Assembly (NCBI GenBank): GCA_951406725.2
Contig: OX597836.1
Location: 2,604,001-2,668,000 of the forward strand
Source of the DNA: Octopus vulgaris
Taxonomy: Eukaryota
Length of the DNA: 64,000 nucleotides
Reading direction: 5' to 3'
A program made the position numbers and the translations under genes. Positions 43,946 to 57,416 of this stretch are shown piece after piece; the stretch's first letter is position 1, and each line of letters opens with the position of its first letter. The notes under the pieces were generated by a model that saw only the letters and a list, made by a program, of their open reading frames with translations, did no database searches and was not told the origin of the DNA.

Positions 43946-44184
43946 CTGTAAAATGCAATGTACGTAAACACACACACACACATACATGCATACATACACG
44001 TACAAAGATACACATACACACACACACGTACACACACGCAAGGAGGCACACCTACTATTTACATACATGCTAATATAAGTGTGTGTGTGTGTCTGTGTTT
44101 GTGTTTACATACATACCTAAGTGTGTATTTCATACAGTGTTGATTATATATATATATATACATATATATATATACACCCATATA

Positions 44185-44234
<50 letters not shown>

Positions 44235-44304
44235 TATATACATATACATATATATACATATATATATATATGTATATATATTCATATATATATATGAATA
44301 TATA

Positions 44305-44545
44305 GTAAAAAATTGTGAAGCATGACTGTCACCACTACTTCATGAACCTGAAGATTGCAGAATTTAATGCATGAAAATACTAGTTTAATCAGAATGAACA
44401 TTTAACATTCTATTATTTTATTTTACTATATTATATTATATTATCTTATATCATTATAAGATTGTAAATAAAACGTGAAAATCAGACAAGGTTGGAATTC
44501 CTTTCATTAATATATTCTTCTATACACAATCACACACACCCGTAT
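44305..44545 (+). mobile_element. PLE terminal-repeat fragment containing a hammerhead
   Basis: Homologous to 56925-57150 (inverted) and flanked by (TA)n. Confidence 0.75.
44343..44387 (+). ncRNA. Minimal hammerhead ribozyme (stem III mutated)
   Basis: TGAAC-CTGAAGA-T-TGCA(GAATTTAA)TGCA-T-GAAA-ATAC-TA-GTTTA. Confidence 0.6.
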
Positions 44546-45051
44546 ATATATCTATATATATATCTATGCATGTATCTTGTGTGTGTTTGTGTATTCAGAT
44601 GCATTGAATAGCGTTCAACGTGAATCCTGATTTCTAAGAAGTAACTATGCTTCCCTAGAATTTAAAAAAAAAGAACAGCTCGGTTGGGAGCTGAGACCAA
44701 GTCTAAACCTGAAGGAGAGAATTGAGAATCCACATTGACTGACTCATTTAGGAGTAATTAAGAGTTGGATTATTGTCTGGAAACCACGAGTCATGAGGAT
44801 ACAGAAAATTTAGTGTTACTTAAGACGATAAGAAAATGAGCTGATTGCCAATTCAGTAATGGCATGGCAACTTCGGAATTGGTCGATTTGTTGGAATGAA
44901 GCTAGTATTGCGTCTACTCTGCAATCAACTGTTACCTTCTTGGTTTGGTTGCCATATATATATTCAATTGGTGAATCTGAATTTTTCTCTGGAAAAATTT
45001 TATTCAGTATATCCATACATACTTAAACACACACACACACACAAACACACA

Positions 45052-45130
<79 letters not shown>

Positions 45131-45360
45131 GTATACTATTCCAAAATTTCACTACTCCGTCTTCCTTTTCAAATGGACTTTCCTCTGTCTCCTGTTTCAA
45201 AAGAAGAGCTCTTCTCGAAATGCAAAACACTCTTTCTTTCCATCCCTGCGAGTCTTATTAATACTCTGCATGTGCCACGTACTCGCATTGCTGTTTTTTC
45301 TTATTGTCTGTTTCACAGTTTAAAAAAATATCAAGTAAGTATATATAGGAAAGAGTGAGA

Positions 45361-45520
45361 GAAAGTACAGTAGGATCCCCCTCGCCCTGCCGATGCCTCG
45401 TGGAATTTGGGCGTTTTCGCTCAATAAACATTCACAACGCCCAGTTTGGAAATCGAAACAGTGATCCTACGACCGCGAGTCTGCTCCCCTAACCACCGGG
45501 CCACTGGCCCATTGCGCCTC
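45361..45520 (-). mobile_element. tRNA-derived SINE (additional family)
   Basis: Minus-strand head GGAGGCGCAATGG…TGGCCCGGTGGTTAGG…GTTTCGATTTCC with A/B-box-like motifs. Confidence 0.7.
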
Positions 45521-45544
45521 CACAGTTCTCGACTAATACTTTAG

Positions 45545-45667
45545 TTTTTCGAACCTGAAAAGATGAAAGGTAAATTTGTACCCAGCGGGATTTGAACTCA
45601 GAAACTAGTGAGCCGGAAGATATACCACAAAACATTTTGTGCATCGCTCCACCGATTCCGTTAGCTC
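45545..45667 (-). mobile_element. SINE family A (decayed)
   Basis: GAAAAGATGAAAGGTAAA…GGATTTGAACTCAGAA. Confidence 0.65.
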
Positions 45668-46046
45668 GATATTAACAAACAAAAGGAACATAAGACAGAG
45701 AGGCAGTCTCTTTATAAACTATATATAATAATTCCTGTGCAAGATCTCTCCGTTAATTAGCGAGCGTGGGAAAGCTGCCAGCGGCCGCATAAAAGCAAGA
45801 ATATGTAAATTGTTCAAAATATATTGAAGTATAAATTTTTAACGCTGGAGATATTTTAAGTAGAATTGCTGGTAAACAGAAACACATCATTCAAGTTTCC
45901 CAACTGTGGTTTGCAGTATTTAAATATTTATGAACACATATATAGTGCGGTTTTATGTTATTAAAAGTTAGTTGTTGGTGTAAGTAAAATCGATGTGCTC
46001 ATATGTGCGTTGATACGTACATGTGTGTGTGTGTGTGTGTGTGTGC

Positions 46047-46870
46047 GTGAGTATGTATGCTTTTGTAAATATATATGTGTGCATGTGTGTATTTGTGTGT
46101 GTGTGCGTGAGTATGTATGTTTTTGTAAATATATATGTGTGCATGTGTGTATTTGTGTGTGTGTTTGTGCGTATGTATGTTTTTGTAACTATATATGTGT
46201 GCATGTGTGTGTGTATTTGCGTGTGTGTGCGTGAGTATGTATGTTTTTGTAAATATATATGTGTGCATATGTGTGTGTATTTGCGTGTGTGTGCGTGAGT
46301 ATGTATGTTTTTGTAAGTATATATGTGTGCATGTGTGTGTGTATTTGCGTGTGTGTGCGTGAGTATGTATGTTTTTGTAAATATATATGTGTGCATGTGT
46401 GTGTGTATTTGCGTGTGTGTGCGTGAGTATGTATGTTTTTGTAAGTATATATGTGTGCATGTGTGTGTGTATTTGCGTGTGTGTGCGTGAGTATGTATGT
46501 TTTTGTAACTATATATGTGTGCATGTGTGTGTGTATTTGCGTGTGTGTGCGTGAGTATGTATGTTTTTGTAAATATATATGTGTGCATGTGTGTGTGTAT
46601 TTGCGTGTGTGTGCGTGAGTATGTATGTTTTTGTAAGTATATATGTGTGCATGTGTGTGTGTGTTTGTGTGTGTGCGCGTGAGTATGTATGTTTTTGTAA
46701 ATATATATGTGTGCATGTGTGTGTGTATTTGTGTGTGTGCGCGTGAGTATGTATGTTTTTGTAAGTATATATGTGTGCATGTGTGTGTGTATTTGCGTGT
46801 GTGTGCGTGAGTATGTATGTTTTTGTAAATATATATGTGTGCGTGTGTGTGTGTATTTGTGTGTGTGCGC
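46047..46870 (+). repeat. 64-bp minisatellite, about 13 copies
   Basis: GTGAGTATGTATG starts at 46231, 46295, 46359, 46423, 46487, 46551, 46615, 46679, 46743 and 46807 (exact 64-bp period), plus three units of roughly 60 bp upstream. Confidence 0.95.
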
Positions 46871-47040
46871 GTGTGCATATGTAAAATGTGTACATAAAAA
46901 CACACACACACACACGCATACATATGTGTAAGTGCGTATCAAACGTGGTGTACGTATGCTTCTACGTATGTATACATAAAATGCACTTTCTATACGTTAT
47001 AACACACACACAGATACATACAGATATACATATAAGAGTG

Positions 47041-47292
47041 GGTCTCCGCCGGTTACGACGAAGTGGGTTTCAGTTATTCCGATGAACAGGACAGCCTGCT
47101 CGTGAAATTAATATACAAGTGGGTGAACACTCCACAGACACGTGCACTCTTAAAGTGGTTCTCGGGGGTTGTTCAGTGAGAAACAGAATGCGACAATGCT
47201 GGCCCTTTTGAAATACAATCCAATCTTTTGAGATGATGCAACAATCCGCCAGGCATCACATTCACGACCTTCAACCGGACGCTCTAACCACA
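47041..47292 (-). mobile_element. SINE (additional family)
   Basis: ACAGCCTGCTCGTGAAATTAAT…CACTCCACAGACACGTG. A decayed fragment of the same family lies at ~3600-3670. Confidence 0.6.
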
Positions 47293-47323
47293 AAATGGCG
47301 ACTCTTTATAAATACATACGTAC

Positions 47324-47371
<48 letters not shown>

Positions 47372-47436
47372 TGAAGCTTTACTATAGCGTCGTATATTAT
47401 CGACTGCAATTTCCAGTAAATATTGACGCATTGTTC

Positions 47437-47527
<91 letters not shown>

Positions 47528-47532
<5 letters not shown>

Positions 47533-47800
47533 AAGGCTTCTTTCACTTTCCGTCTACCAAAACCATTCGGAATGCGTTTGTCGACCGGAGGCTACAGTAG
47601 AAAGCATTTTGTCCCAGGTGTCACGTAGTGGGGCTCAACATGGAACCATTTTCTTGAAAAGCAAACATCTTTCCACTCAATCATACGCGTGTCCATCTTT
47701 ATTTCTTACTTGTACTTGTGTAAGCCATTAGATTGCGGTCATGCTGTGGCATCGCCCTAAATATCTTTAGTCGAACGGCTGGACGCCACTACTTATTTTC
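47528..47800 (-). mobile_element. SINE family B fragments
   Basis: GGCTTCTTTCACTTTCCGTCTACCAAA…GGCTACAGTAGAA. Confidence 0.7.
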
Positions 47801-47875
47801 ATTTTTTAAAGCGAATCATTAACAAATAATTAAAAGCAGCAGAAGAAACACAAATAGGGAAAGGCAATCGTTATA

Positions 47876-48392
47876 TCTATATATATAAAACTGTAGTTGT
47901 GTGAGTGTCTGTCCCCTTCGATTTAGATTCCTAACTCCTCCCACATTTTGCGGTGCAGTTTAACCAAATTCGGGTATCTTATAGTCGTGATTCATATCGA
48001 GCCCGTCTGAGTATTAGCGCGCGTCTACGATGTGTCTACGATTTTAAAAGTAATTTAACATAATTTTTTATTCCATTTTAATGCATAATTTTTCGTGTGG
48101 CGATGGCGGCGGAGTTGGCGTCCACGCTCAAACACCTGCACCTGTGTTTGCTTCTCCCCCTTCTTCCCTCCCTCGTGAAGCTGTGGGGAAGGGAGTTTAA
48201 GGAAATCAACGTCGTAATGCGTTGTCAAGGAGACCAGCGTTCTTTTAGAACAACGACTTCATGGCTTGAAGACACCAAAACAGAAATGGCTAAGAAAGCC
48301 CGAATTGGCATCTATAAGGGAAGTAACTCTCTAAAAATGCTTATATAGTTATTTCCCTTACAAACCCGAGCAACGCCGGGCGATACTGCTAG
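47876..48392 (+). mobile_element. Complete non-autonomous Helitron
   Basis: 5' A|TCTATATATATAAAA; 3' GC-rich hairpin CCCGAGCAACGCCGGG, then CGATACTG-CTAG|T; inserted between host A and T with no target-site duplication. Confidence 0.88.
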
Positions 48393-48734
48393 TCTAACAT
48401 AATATACATAGTCGTTGTGAACTACATTTTAATAATCCTGCTGGTTATTTGGTAGGCCAGTAGCAGACAAGGTATTGATATTCCATACATCACTGACAAT
48501 GAGATTCCGCTGTTATGTCGCTACTGGACGTCTGCCACTGAGAGGCTCCAAATGGAGAGAAATCACATGATATGGCAGATCCAGCAGCTGACGATTCTCG
48601 TCTGTCATTGATACAAACACGAGAGCCTTTATGCAATACGACTAAATATGAGACATTCTAAGTTAATAACAGAGTGTTCAAGGATGCTCTAAGAAAATAT
48701 TTCCTCTTGGAATGACTACAGATTCTGTCGCTAA

Positions 48735-48863
<129 letters not shown>

Positions 48864-49955
48864 TTACATATATATATATATATATATATATGCAGGTATA
48901 TATATATTTCGTTTTTCTTGTTTCAGCTCAGTGTGTTTATATATGTATGTATATGCGTGGGCTTTAAAATGCAAAAACGCATAATGGAAGGAATTAAATT
49001 AGGGACGAACGTTGGAATTGAAACACATGTGAAGAATAATAATAGCAAAAAAAATAGCTTTGAAAAATACAGCATGATGAGTAGAAAAAGGAAGATGCTG
49101 ACATGAGATAAAAAAACATGCAGAGGTGAAGAAGTTGGATAAGAAGATGAAATAAGATTAGGTAAAATAGAAAAAAAATAGAGGGAAGAAACACAAGAAT
49201 GGAAAAATGTTTAAATATTGTTAAAGAAAAATTGGAATGAAGAAGGGACGTTTGCGCTGAAAATAGAATACTTCGATGCGAAATTTCATTGTATGACAAT
49301 GTGATTTAGTTGTCTCTGTATGCTTATACACGTTTGTGGTTGTGTGAATGGCTGTGTGGATGTATGTATGAAGGAAGGTCTCTATGTGTGAGTGTGTGTG
49401 TGTTTGTGTGTGTGTGTGTTTGTGTGTGTGTGCGTTAGTTGGAATGCGTCTGTTCGTTTGTTTATATGTTCCATGTATGTGACTGAGAAGAGTTTTGTGT
49501 AGGTTTTTGTGATGGTATGTGTCTCAAATGAAATGCGTACACACGCGAGCACACAATCATGAATATAAGATCACTCACATGCACAAACACTCACGAATAT
49601 ATATATGAATATATGTATATATGTGTATATATATATCTATATATTCATTTATTTAATTATATAAATATATATATACATATATATATGTATATATATATAT
49701 GCACATATATATATATATGCATATATATATATATATGAATATATAGATATATATATTCATATATATATATGAATATATAAACATTTATATATATATATTT
49801 GTATATGAATATATATATATGTGAATATATATATATATATGTATGAATGAATATATATATATTTATATATGATATATATATATATGTATATATACATACA
49901 TATATATTAATATACATTTATATATACATATATATACCCAGAGCACACACACGCT

Positions 49956-49998
<43 letters not shown>

Positions 49999-51186
49999 CA
50001 TGTATAAATATGTATGTGATACTTTGCATATGTGTGCGTGTAAACATCTCTGCAATATATATATATATATATATATATATCTGTGTGCGTGTGTATACAT
50101 ATATATATATATTCACATATATACATATATATATATATACACATATATACATATATATACATGCATACATACACATGTATTTATGTATGTATGAATGTGC
50201 GTTTTAACTTCGGAGATAATGTAATTAGAAAATCACCTTCAAAGATGAATATCTATGAAGGCATAAAAAATAGATGAGTGTCGAATGAGCTCGCCCACGT
50301 GTATATGTATACTTGTATGAATATTCATGTGTGTTTGTGATACTTTGAGTGTGTGTTTGAAAACCATACTTTCATACAAGCACACACTATCATGTGCGTA
50401 TTTCTGCATATTTATATATATGAGTATATATTGATATGTATGTGTGTGAGTGTGTTTTTAACATAAGATTATTTTGTAAATATATATAAATTTCTCGACT
50501 TATATATGTAATATGTATTCCTATCACTAATATTATTATATTGCTCTTCTAAATTTAATTAATATCTGATTTTGAATGTAGAAGAATTTCAAGTGAATAG
50601 GTTTCGAGCTATAGCATTCCAGCGTTCTCATAATACTGGCTTCTCTGAAAATTTGCAGCAACACCGGTGAGGAAAATTGCCAGTAAAATATTAACAAACT
50701 CTTCTCCATATTAGTTGTGGATGTCAGAAACAATGCATTTATATAACATTCTATACACGTACTTCAATAAACTTTGTCCTGTACCCTGTTTAACAATATC
50801 CAGTATCTGAAAATTTTCTTTTATACAGCTTCGTTTATTTGTTGATTATGGATCCGCCTACACTTTATTGATCCCTGCATGCACAAACATACACATGTGA
50901 GTAAAACAAACTCGCAATGTACATATTTAGGCATCGTAAATCTCATACCATTTCCTATTCTCTCTTCAAACGTTTCGTCATTATTTTCATTTTCTCATGA
51001 AGGATACATCCTTATACGAAGCATCATATTTTGAATTTGTGTCTTCTACCATCTTCTCTACGATTTGAATTTCTCTGCATTTATATATTCCATCTGCTTC
51101 ACAATTTTACCCGTTTACCGTATTTAGTTGTATTCTCTGCATCACATCGTCTTCCATGTGTTACCTGTAAGTATTACATTCACACA

Positions 51187-51269
<83 letters not shown>

Positions 51270-51559
51270 TCACACATATATATATATCCAAATATTCTCA
51301 GTATAGAAGACGCTTAATATTGCACAAACATAGACACCGTTGTCTTCATAGGAGATCTTTCCACAATGTTGAAAAGGCTATACGAGGGATGAAGTTGAGC
51401 AGACAGAGAGGCAATTATGCAGATAATCATATTAAATACATCAAATATATTAAATGTATTAGTTTGGGTATGGAATATAAAATCTGTCATATGTATACAT
51501 ATTTTGTGTTTCATATCCATAAATTTAATATATTTGGTGTATCTAAGTTCTCTCTCTGT

Positions 51560-51605
<46 letters not shown>

Positions 51606-51794
51606 GTGTGTGTGAGTGCATATACGCATATACATATATACACATATATATATATATACAGACACACGCGTACATATATATATATATATATATATGTAAT
51701 CTTTGCCTCGAAAGTTCATTCAAAATAATATGCAAGGATAAAATAATAAACAAATACACAGATATAATTCTCAGGTGCACCCATAGATTGAATT

Positions 51795-51834
<40 letters not shown>

Positions 51835-52780
51835 ACACACATATATATACATATACTCAATTTTGGAGGATTAATCGATATGCGGGTATTCTATTTCGGA
51901 TACTACAGAGTATATCTGACAGTAAACTCATGGTATCAGTTTACACATCACGAAATAATACTTAAAGGATATAACCAAAACTACCAGCTGGGTATATAAT
52001 ACATGCTTCATTAATTATATCCTACTTTAGTTAATACTTATATTTATTAAATATGAAGTAACCACACTTGCAGATATGTCTCATATTGTACAAATATTCA
52101 ACAGGAAATTATCCTGATTTATTAAAGTATATTTGTTACGCAATGAAGTGAAGACCCAGTAACGTTTGTTATAGACTCGGAGCGAAACGGCGGCGAGGAA
52201 ATTCCAAGAACAAATACTTCTTTGGCACTGTCAAGCCATTCACTATATAAATAATGGTTGATTTTTTTGTCTTGAAGGCAAGGGGCAATTTCTCGCGTGT
52301 TACTGACTCAATAATTGTCATATGCACCATACTTGTTCATACCTCAATCAAGCTGCACAACTCACTTAGTAATAAACAGAGAGAGTAGACACTAATTATA
52401 ACCTCCGGTAATTTGCATAATTGAATATAAAATAAATTAGCTAAAGAAAGTAACGGCGTAATGTCCATTGTAATGAATTTCGACAATAACGGTGAGTAAA
52501 GGTATACTAAATACGAGACAAATTTGAGATCTATTGAAATCAACTTTGATTTGAGGAAATAAAAGTAAATATCTGAAATGACAATTACGACTGTCTTCGT
52601 TAAAGGGGAGGAGGAAATGGCTATTTTCCAGAATTAGGAATTGTTCTGAACAGTTTATGTTTCTCAATACAGAAATGAAAAACAACTGTCTAATTTTGTA
52701 TGCTTTCTTGTGACAATAAACATGATTAGGGACGTATTTATTCCTCAGTTAGATTCCTCCGTCGATATTTTCTTTGTCTA

Positions 52781-53175
52781 AGGCGGCGAGCTGGCAGAAT
52801 TGTTAGCACGTCGGGCGAAATTCCTAGCGGTATTTCGTCTGCTGTTGCGTTCTGAGTTCAAATTCCGCCGAGGTCGACTTTACCTTTCATCCTTTCGGGG
52901 TCGATTAAATAAGTACCAGTTACGCACTGGGGTCGATATAATCGACTTAATCCGTTTATCTGTCCTTGTCACTTCCATCTATGTGTAGCCCCTTGAGAGT
53001 AGTAAAGACATAGGTATTTCGTCTGCCGTTAAGTTCTGAGTTCAAATTCCGCCGAGGTCAACATTGCCTTTCATACTTTCGGGTCGATAAATTGAGTATC
53101 AGCTATGTACTGGGGTCGGTCTAATTCAATGGTTTCCTCCGCCAAAATTTTGGGCCGTGTGCCTAGAGTAGGAAA
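52781..53175 (+). mobile_element. SINE family A, full-length dimeric copy
   Basis: A-box-like TGGCAGAATTGTTAG and B-box GAGTTCAAATT; the B-box/core segment is repeated at ~53010-53120. Confidence 0.92.
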
Positions 53176-53312
53176 TAAGGTGGCGAGCTGGAAGAGTATT
53201 TTGTCGATAATTTGGTGAAGTTCATGGATGCGTTGGCGAATTTCTGTGTGAAGATCATGGTTGGCTGGCGTTACTTTGGATTCGTTGCAGTGAAAGGAAA
53301 ATCAAATAACTT

Positions 53313-53467
53313 AGGCGCAGCCGTGGCTGTGGGGTACGAATCTCATGATTCCGGGTTCAGTACCACTGCATGGAACCTTGAGCAAGTGTATTCTACTATA
53401 GCCTCGAATCGACCAAACCCTTATGGGTGCATTCCTTGGAAAGACATTTGAAGAAACCCGTTGCATT

Positions 53468-53515
<48 letters not shown>

Positions 53516-53523
53516 CATACATT

Positions 53524-53559
<36 letters not shown>

Positions 53560-53740
53560 TCAAAATCTACCTTAGGAATGAGAACCCAGGTTCGAAATTT
53601 CCCCAAGACACCTGATGAAGGCTGGAGGGTGTATCAGCCGAAACGTTGTGTTAACAACACACAAGATGAGGACAAATGTCCGTCAAATGTAAATAATGTT
53701 AATAAAGTATATAATTCCTCATCTCTTAAATATAGAAGTG

Positions 53741-53773
<33 letters not shown>

Positions 53774-53870
53774 ATATATATGTCTATATGTATGCATGCG
53801 TGTGCTCGTGTCTATTTTTTCTCCCCATCACTGCTTGGCAGCCGGTGTGGGTGTGTATCCCACCCGTAAC
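53313..53870 (+). mobile_element. SINE family B split by an insertion in its internal microsatellite
   Basis: Head/core 53313-53462 and tail ~53800-53870. Confidence 0.7.
53607..53652 (+). ncRNA. Minimal type I hammerhead ribozyme (PLE-type) within a terminal-repeat fragment, ~53560-53738
   Basis: GACAC-CTGATGA-A-GGCTG(GAGGGTGTAT)CAGCC-GAAA-CG-TT-GTGTT; palindromic AACGTT stem III; predicted GUU site. Confidence 0.85.
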
Positions 53871-53999
53871 ATTTATTCGCTGTTGGTATTATTTGGGAGA
53901 TTTTAGGTGTTTATGTGGGAAGGTGAGGGTTATCAGTGAAGCACGTTAATCTGTATGATCATGTGTGTTGACTTAGGTGTGGCAACTTATTTATATAAT

Positions 54000-55330
54000 C
54001 CACCCGAAGGGTGTCAGCATAGTTTCTGTCCATAGGATTTCACTTATGAAGACTCGTTGAAACAAGTGAATGATGAAAGAACTTGAAAAATATTCCACTA
54101 TGTCCAAGTGAGTGAGAAAACAGTTAGGCAGCCTGGGTGTAAAGGATAAGTGTTGAGTAATCGTCCCTTTTTGAGGAATATCGAGACGCCATGACGAATA
54201 TTACTTTGTACTTTGATTAAGTGTTGTGTGGACGCCCTCAGACGATGAAATAGGCTAGCCCAATACGTAGAAATACAGGGAGAAGTCTACACGTCAGAGA
54301 GGAGTTGAGTTGAGCTCATCCGAACGTGCGACGTAACAGTGGCAACGAGGATTTTGTAGCTCACACAGCCACTGTGTAGTATTGCGCGGCGAGCTGTCAG
54401 AAACGTTAGCACGCCGAGCGAAATGCTTAGTGGTATTTCGTCTGTCGCTACACTCTGAGTTCAAATTCCGCCGAGGTCGACTTTGCCTTTCATCATTTCG
54501 GGGTCGATTAAATAAGTACCAGTTACGCACTGGGGTCGATATAATCTACTTAATCCGTTTGTCTGTCCTTGTTTGTCCTCTCTGTGTTTAGCCCCTTGTG
54601 GATAGTAAAGAAATAGATATAACATTAAAAAACAAAAGAAAATTCAATGCTGTGTGGAAATAGAATAGAATCAGTTATGGAAAATATTGAGGAATCATTT
54701 CTGAAGTGGTTAAGAAACATGTAATGTAGAATGCGGATATATATTAAGCTGCTATACTTCGACAACGCCACCAGGTGGAATAGATTGAGAAAGCCGAGCA
54801 AGAATGTTACTGCTGTAATGTGTTCTGGTATTCTCACAAACTAGAACCAAAATCTTGCATCTCTGTGTAAATCTCTAAAGAGCTTGAACTTCGGAGTTTA
54901 ACGTTAAGAGAATGGATATTATAACAGCAATAAACGCAAATATTCCACGTATATAACGAGAATATACCTTTGAGCAAATATTTGTAAACAGTTCAAAGAA
55001 ATAAAACAATTCATTTCCAATGAGATAATATAATAATGTTTAAAATAATTTAACTGAAATATTATGAGAAAATAAAGCATTGAATATACACATTAAAACA
55101 ACAATATTCCATAAATTTTCCATGGATATGGATCTCTATTTCTAGCGGAGATAGCGTGATAAATTCCATAAACAAGGAAAACAACTGAATCATCGGCTCA
55201 TATATATAGAATGTAGTGCAAGAGGATTATTAGCTTCAAACACAATAGTTGAGCGAGAAATGGAGCTAAACACTTCTCTCAATCGGTCCATCTCCGGAAT
55301 TCATAGATGAAAACGAGGTTATTATAACCG
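54000..55330 (+). mobile_element. Possible decayed hAT transposase, interrupted by a SINE
   Basis: KLLYFDNATRWNRL at 54746-54787 (cf. L..D..TRWNS) and ASNTIVER at ~55233-55256 (cf. P.S...ER.FS). Confidence 0.45.
54386..54616 (+). mobile_element. SINE family A, well-preserved copy
   Basis: Close to 52781-53010 and to the reverse complement of 12870-13096. Confidence 0.92.
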
Positions 55331-55583
55331 CTAGAGGAGTATATGTCACATTAATATAAAGAGAATATTTCCTCATTCTAAGTTTGGTAAAGAGCTTAAT
55401 GTAATCGAATATATTTGATTTCAGAGTGGATATATAATGCTATATAACATAACGAATAAAATGACAATTGAAGAAATAACCTAGAATGTGTATAAGCCTG
55501 TATGCGTATGGTTCTTCTCTATACATTTATAAATCTGCAGGTATGTATCTATAGCTATTTATCTATCCATATATATGTGTGCG

Positions 55584-55681
<98 letters not shown>

Positions 55682-55689
55682 CATATATA

Positions 55690-55805
55690 TATGAAAAAAA
55701 AGTCAAGATAGGAAATGCTAAAATAATTTTATAAAAAACATTATAAAAACTGAAATGTTTTTTATAAAATTATTTTAACATTTTCTATCTTGCCTTTTTT
55801 CCATA
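55690..55805. repeat. Imperfect inverted repeat (~50-bp arms, 11-nt loop) in (TA)n
   Basis: GAAAAAAAAGTCAAGATAGGAAATGCTAAAATAATTTTATAAAAAACATT / AATGTTTTTTATAAAATTATTTTAACATTTTCTATCTTGCCTTTTTTCC. Confidence 0.85.
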
Positions 55806-56091
55806 TATATCAACTCGTGTGTTCCTGTTCATCCTTATACATACATATGTATATGTGTATATGTGGGTGTATGTATATATGTATGTATGTATTTCTTTAT
55901 GTGTATATATATACTTGTGGGGGTATGTATATGAATGTATAATATATATAACGAGAGAGAGAGAGTGAGAAAGAGAGGGTGAGAGTGTTGTCTTGAGGGA
56001 GAGAGAATGAAAATGCAATGGTTGCTAAAAAACAACATAAAAGGAAGAACTTTTAAGGAACACGTTAATACTTAAAAAGAAGACAGAGTAT

Positions 56092-56780
56092 CTTTATATT
56101 TCGGACGTTAACCTTTCATCAGAAGCAATGACTACGATGAACGAGAGACAGAAAATGTAGATGAATATAACGAGTGAGATGTTAAGATCCGATTGACTTC
56201 ATTTTGTGTCATATTTGTCTTCCATTTCTCTCCCATAGTTGAACTTGCAAATGTTCCTCTCTTTTTCGCTTCTCTTCTTCATGACATTTCACGAAGCATC
56301 ATTTCCCGCCTTTACGCGCCATATATTTCTCAAACTCTACATCTAAGCCCTTCCCTTTTAACTCACACTCGTAATCGTTACCACTTATTTAATTTCAGAT
56401 TTTCCTCGTACACAAATTTCCAATTTACGGAAATGCACACGTCAATACACCACATCCCACACCACCCCACGAACCCACAGCATTATTCTTTCACACATTT
56501 ACACGTTTACAGATATACATTCCTCCCCAAAAGCCACACACGGACTACAGCCCCACATATGCTTATCTATAACCACAAACAGTGAATATATCTATTCACT
56601 GTTCGCTCTTCTCAGATATTTATAATGAATCGCATTATCACATGGTCCCTAACACGTCACCCGATTTTCTCTCATTTATCTAACTTCTTTCGCTTTACTC
56701 TTGTGGGTTTTTCTTCTGATAAAGGCCTAATTTGCGAAACGTTATAAGTCTTTGACTTCCTTTCAAGCGTTAAGCTAATA
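56092..56780. mobile_element. PLE 3' remnant bounded by two outward-facing degenerate hammerheads
   Basis: Minus strand 56125-56092: CTT-CTGATGA…GAAA-TATA-AAG. Plus strand 56716-56743: CTGATAA…GAAACGTT. The region between weakly resembles a PLE ORF end (IISR…PY…RNRYHLFNF). Confidence 0.45.
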
Positions 56781-56877
56781 GAGTATATAAAACAAGTCGC
56801 TTCTACGATTTCTTTAATCTATACTTCATGGCATTCACAAATAACTCTTGCCCCTAACGCACAGTTCACACATATGC

Positions 56878-56910
<33 letters not shown>

Positions 56911-56924
56911 TATATATATATATG

Positions 56925-57245
56925 GGTGTGTGTGATTGTGTATAGAAGAATATATTAATAAAAAGAATTCCAACCTTGTCTGATTTTCACGTTTTATTTA
57001 CAATCTTATAATGATATATTATAAGATAATATATTATAATTGAATAAAATAAAATGAAATAGTAGAATGTTAAATATTCATTCTGATTGAACTAGTACTT
57101 TCATGCATTGAATTCTGCAATCTTCGGGTTCATGTAGTAGTGTTGACAGTCAAAAATTGTGAAGCATGACTGTCAACACTACTATATATATATATACTAG
57201 TTATATATATAACATTCTACTATTTCATTTATTTTATTCAATTAT
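56925..57245 (-). mobile_element. PLE terminal-repeat fragment with hammerhead and fold-back
   Basis: Inverted homolog of 44305-44545. It reverses at hairpin 57135-57184 and continues as a deleted plus-strand copy. Confidence 0.75.
57088..57132 (-). ncRNA. Minimal hammerhead ribozyme (core U4C variant)
   Basis: TGAAC-CCGAAGA-T-TGCA(GAATTCAA)TGCA-T-GAAA-GTAC-TA-GTTCA; perfect stem I and palindromic AGTACT stem III. Confidence 0.65.
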
Positions 57246-57279
57246 ATATAGAGAGTAAATAAAAGAGAGAGAATTCTTT

Positions 57280-57328
<49 letters not shown>

Positions 57329-57345
57329 TACATACATATACACAG

Positions 57346-57416
<71 letters not shown>

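Noticed and set aside
45968-46942. 324-aa His/Thr-rich repeat protein, or a CRISPR-like array
   Set aside because: A head-to-tail 64-bp minisatellite with no unique spacers and no cas genes. The period is not a multiple of 3.
52781-52875. tRNA gene
   Set aside because: The A/B boxes belong to a SINE head that continues into a multi-copy core. No full cloverleaf.
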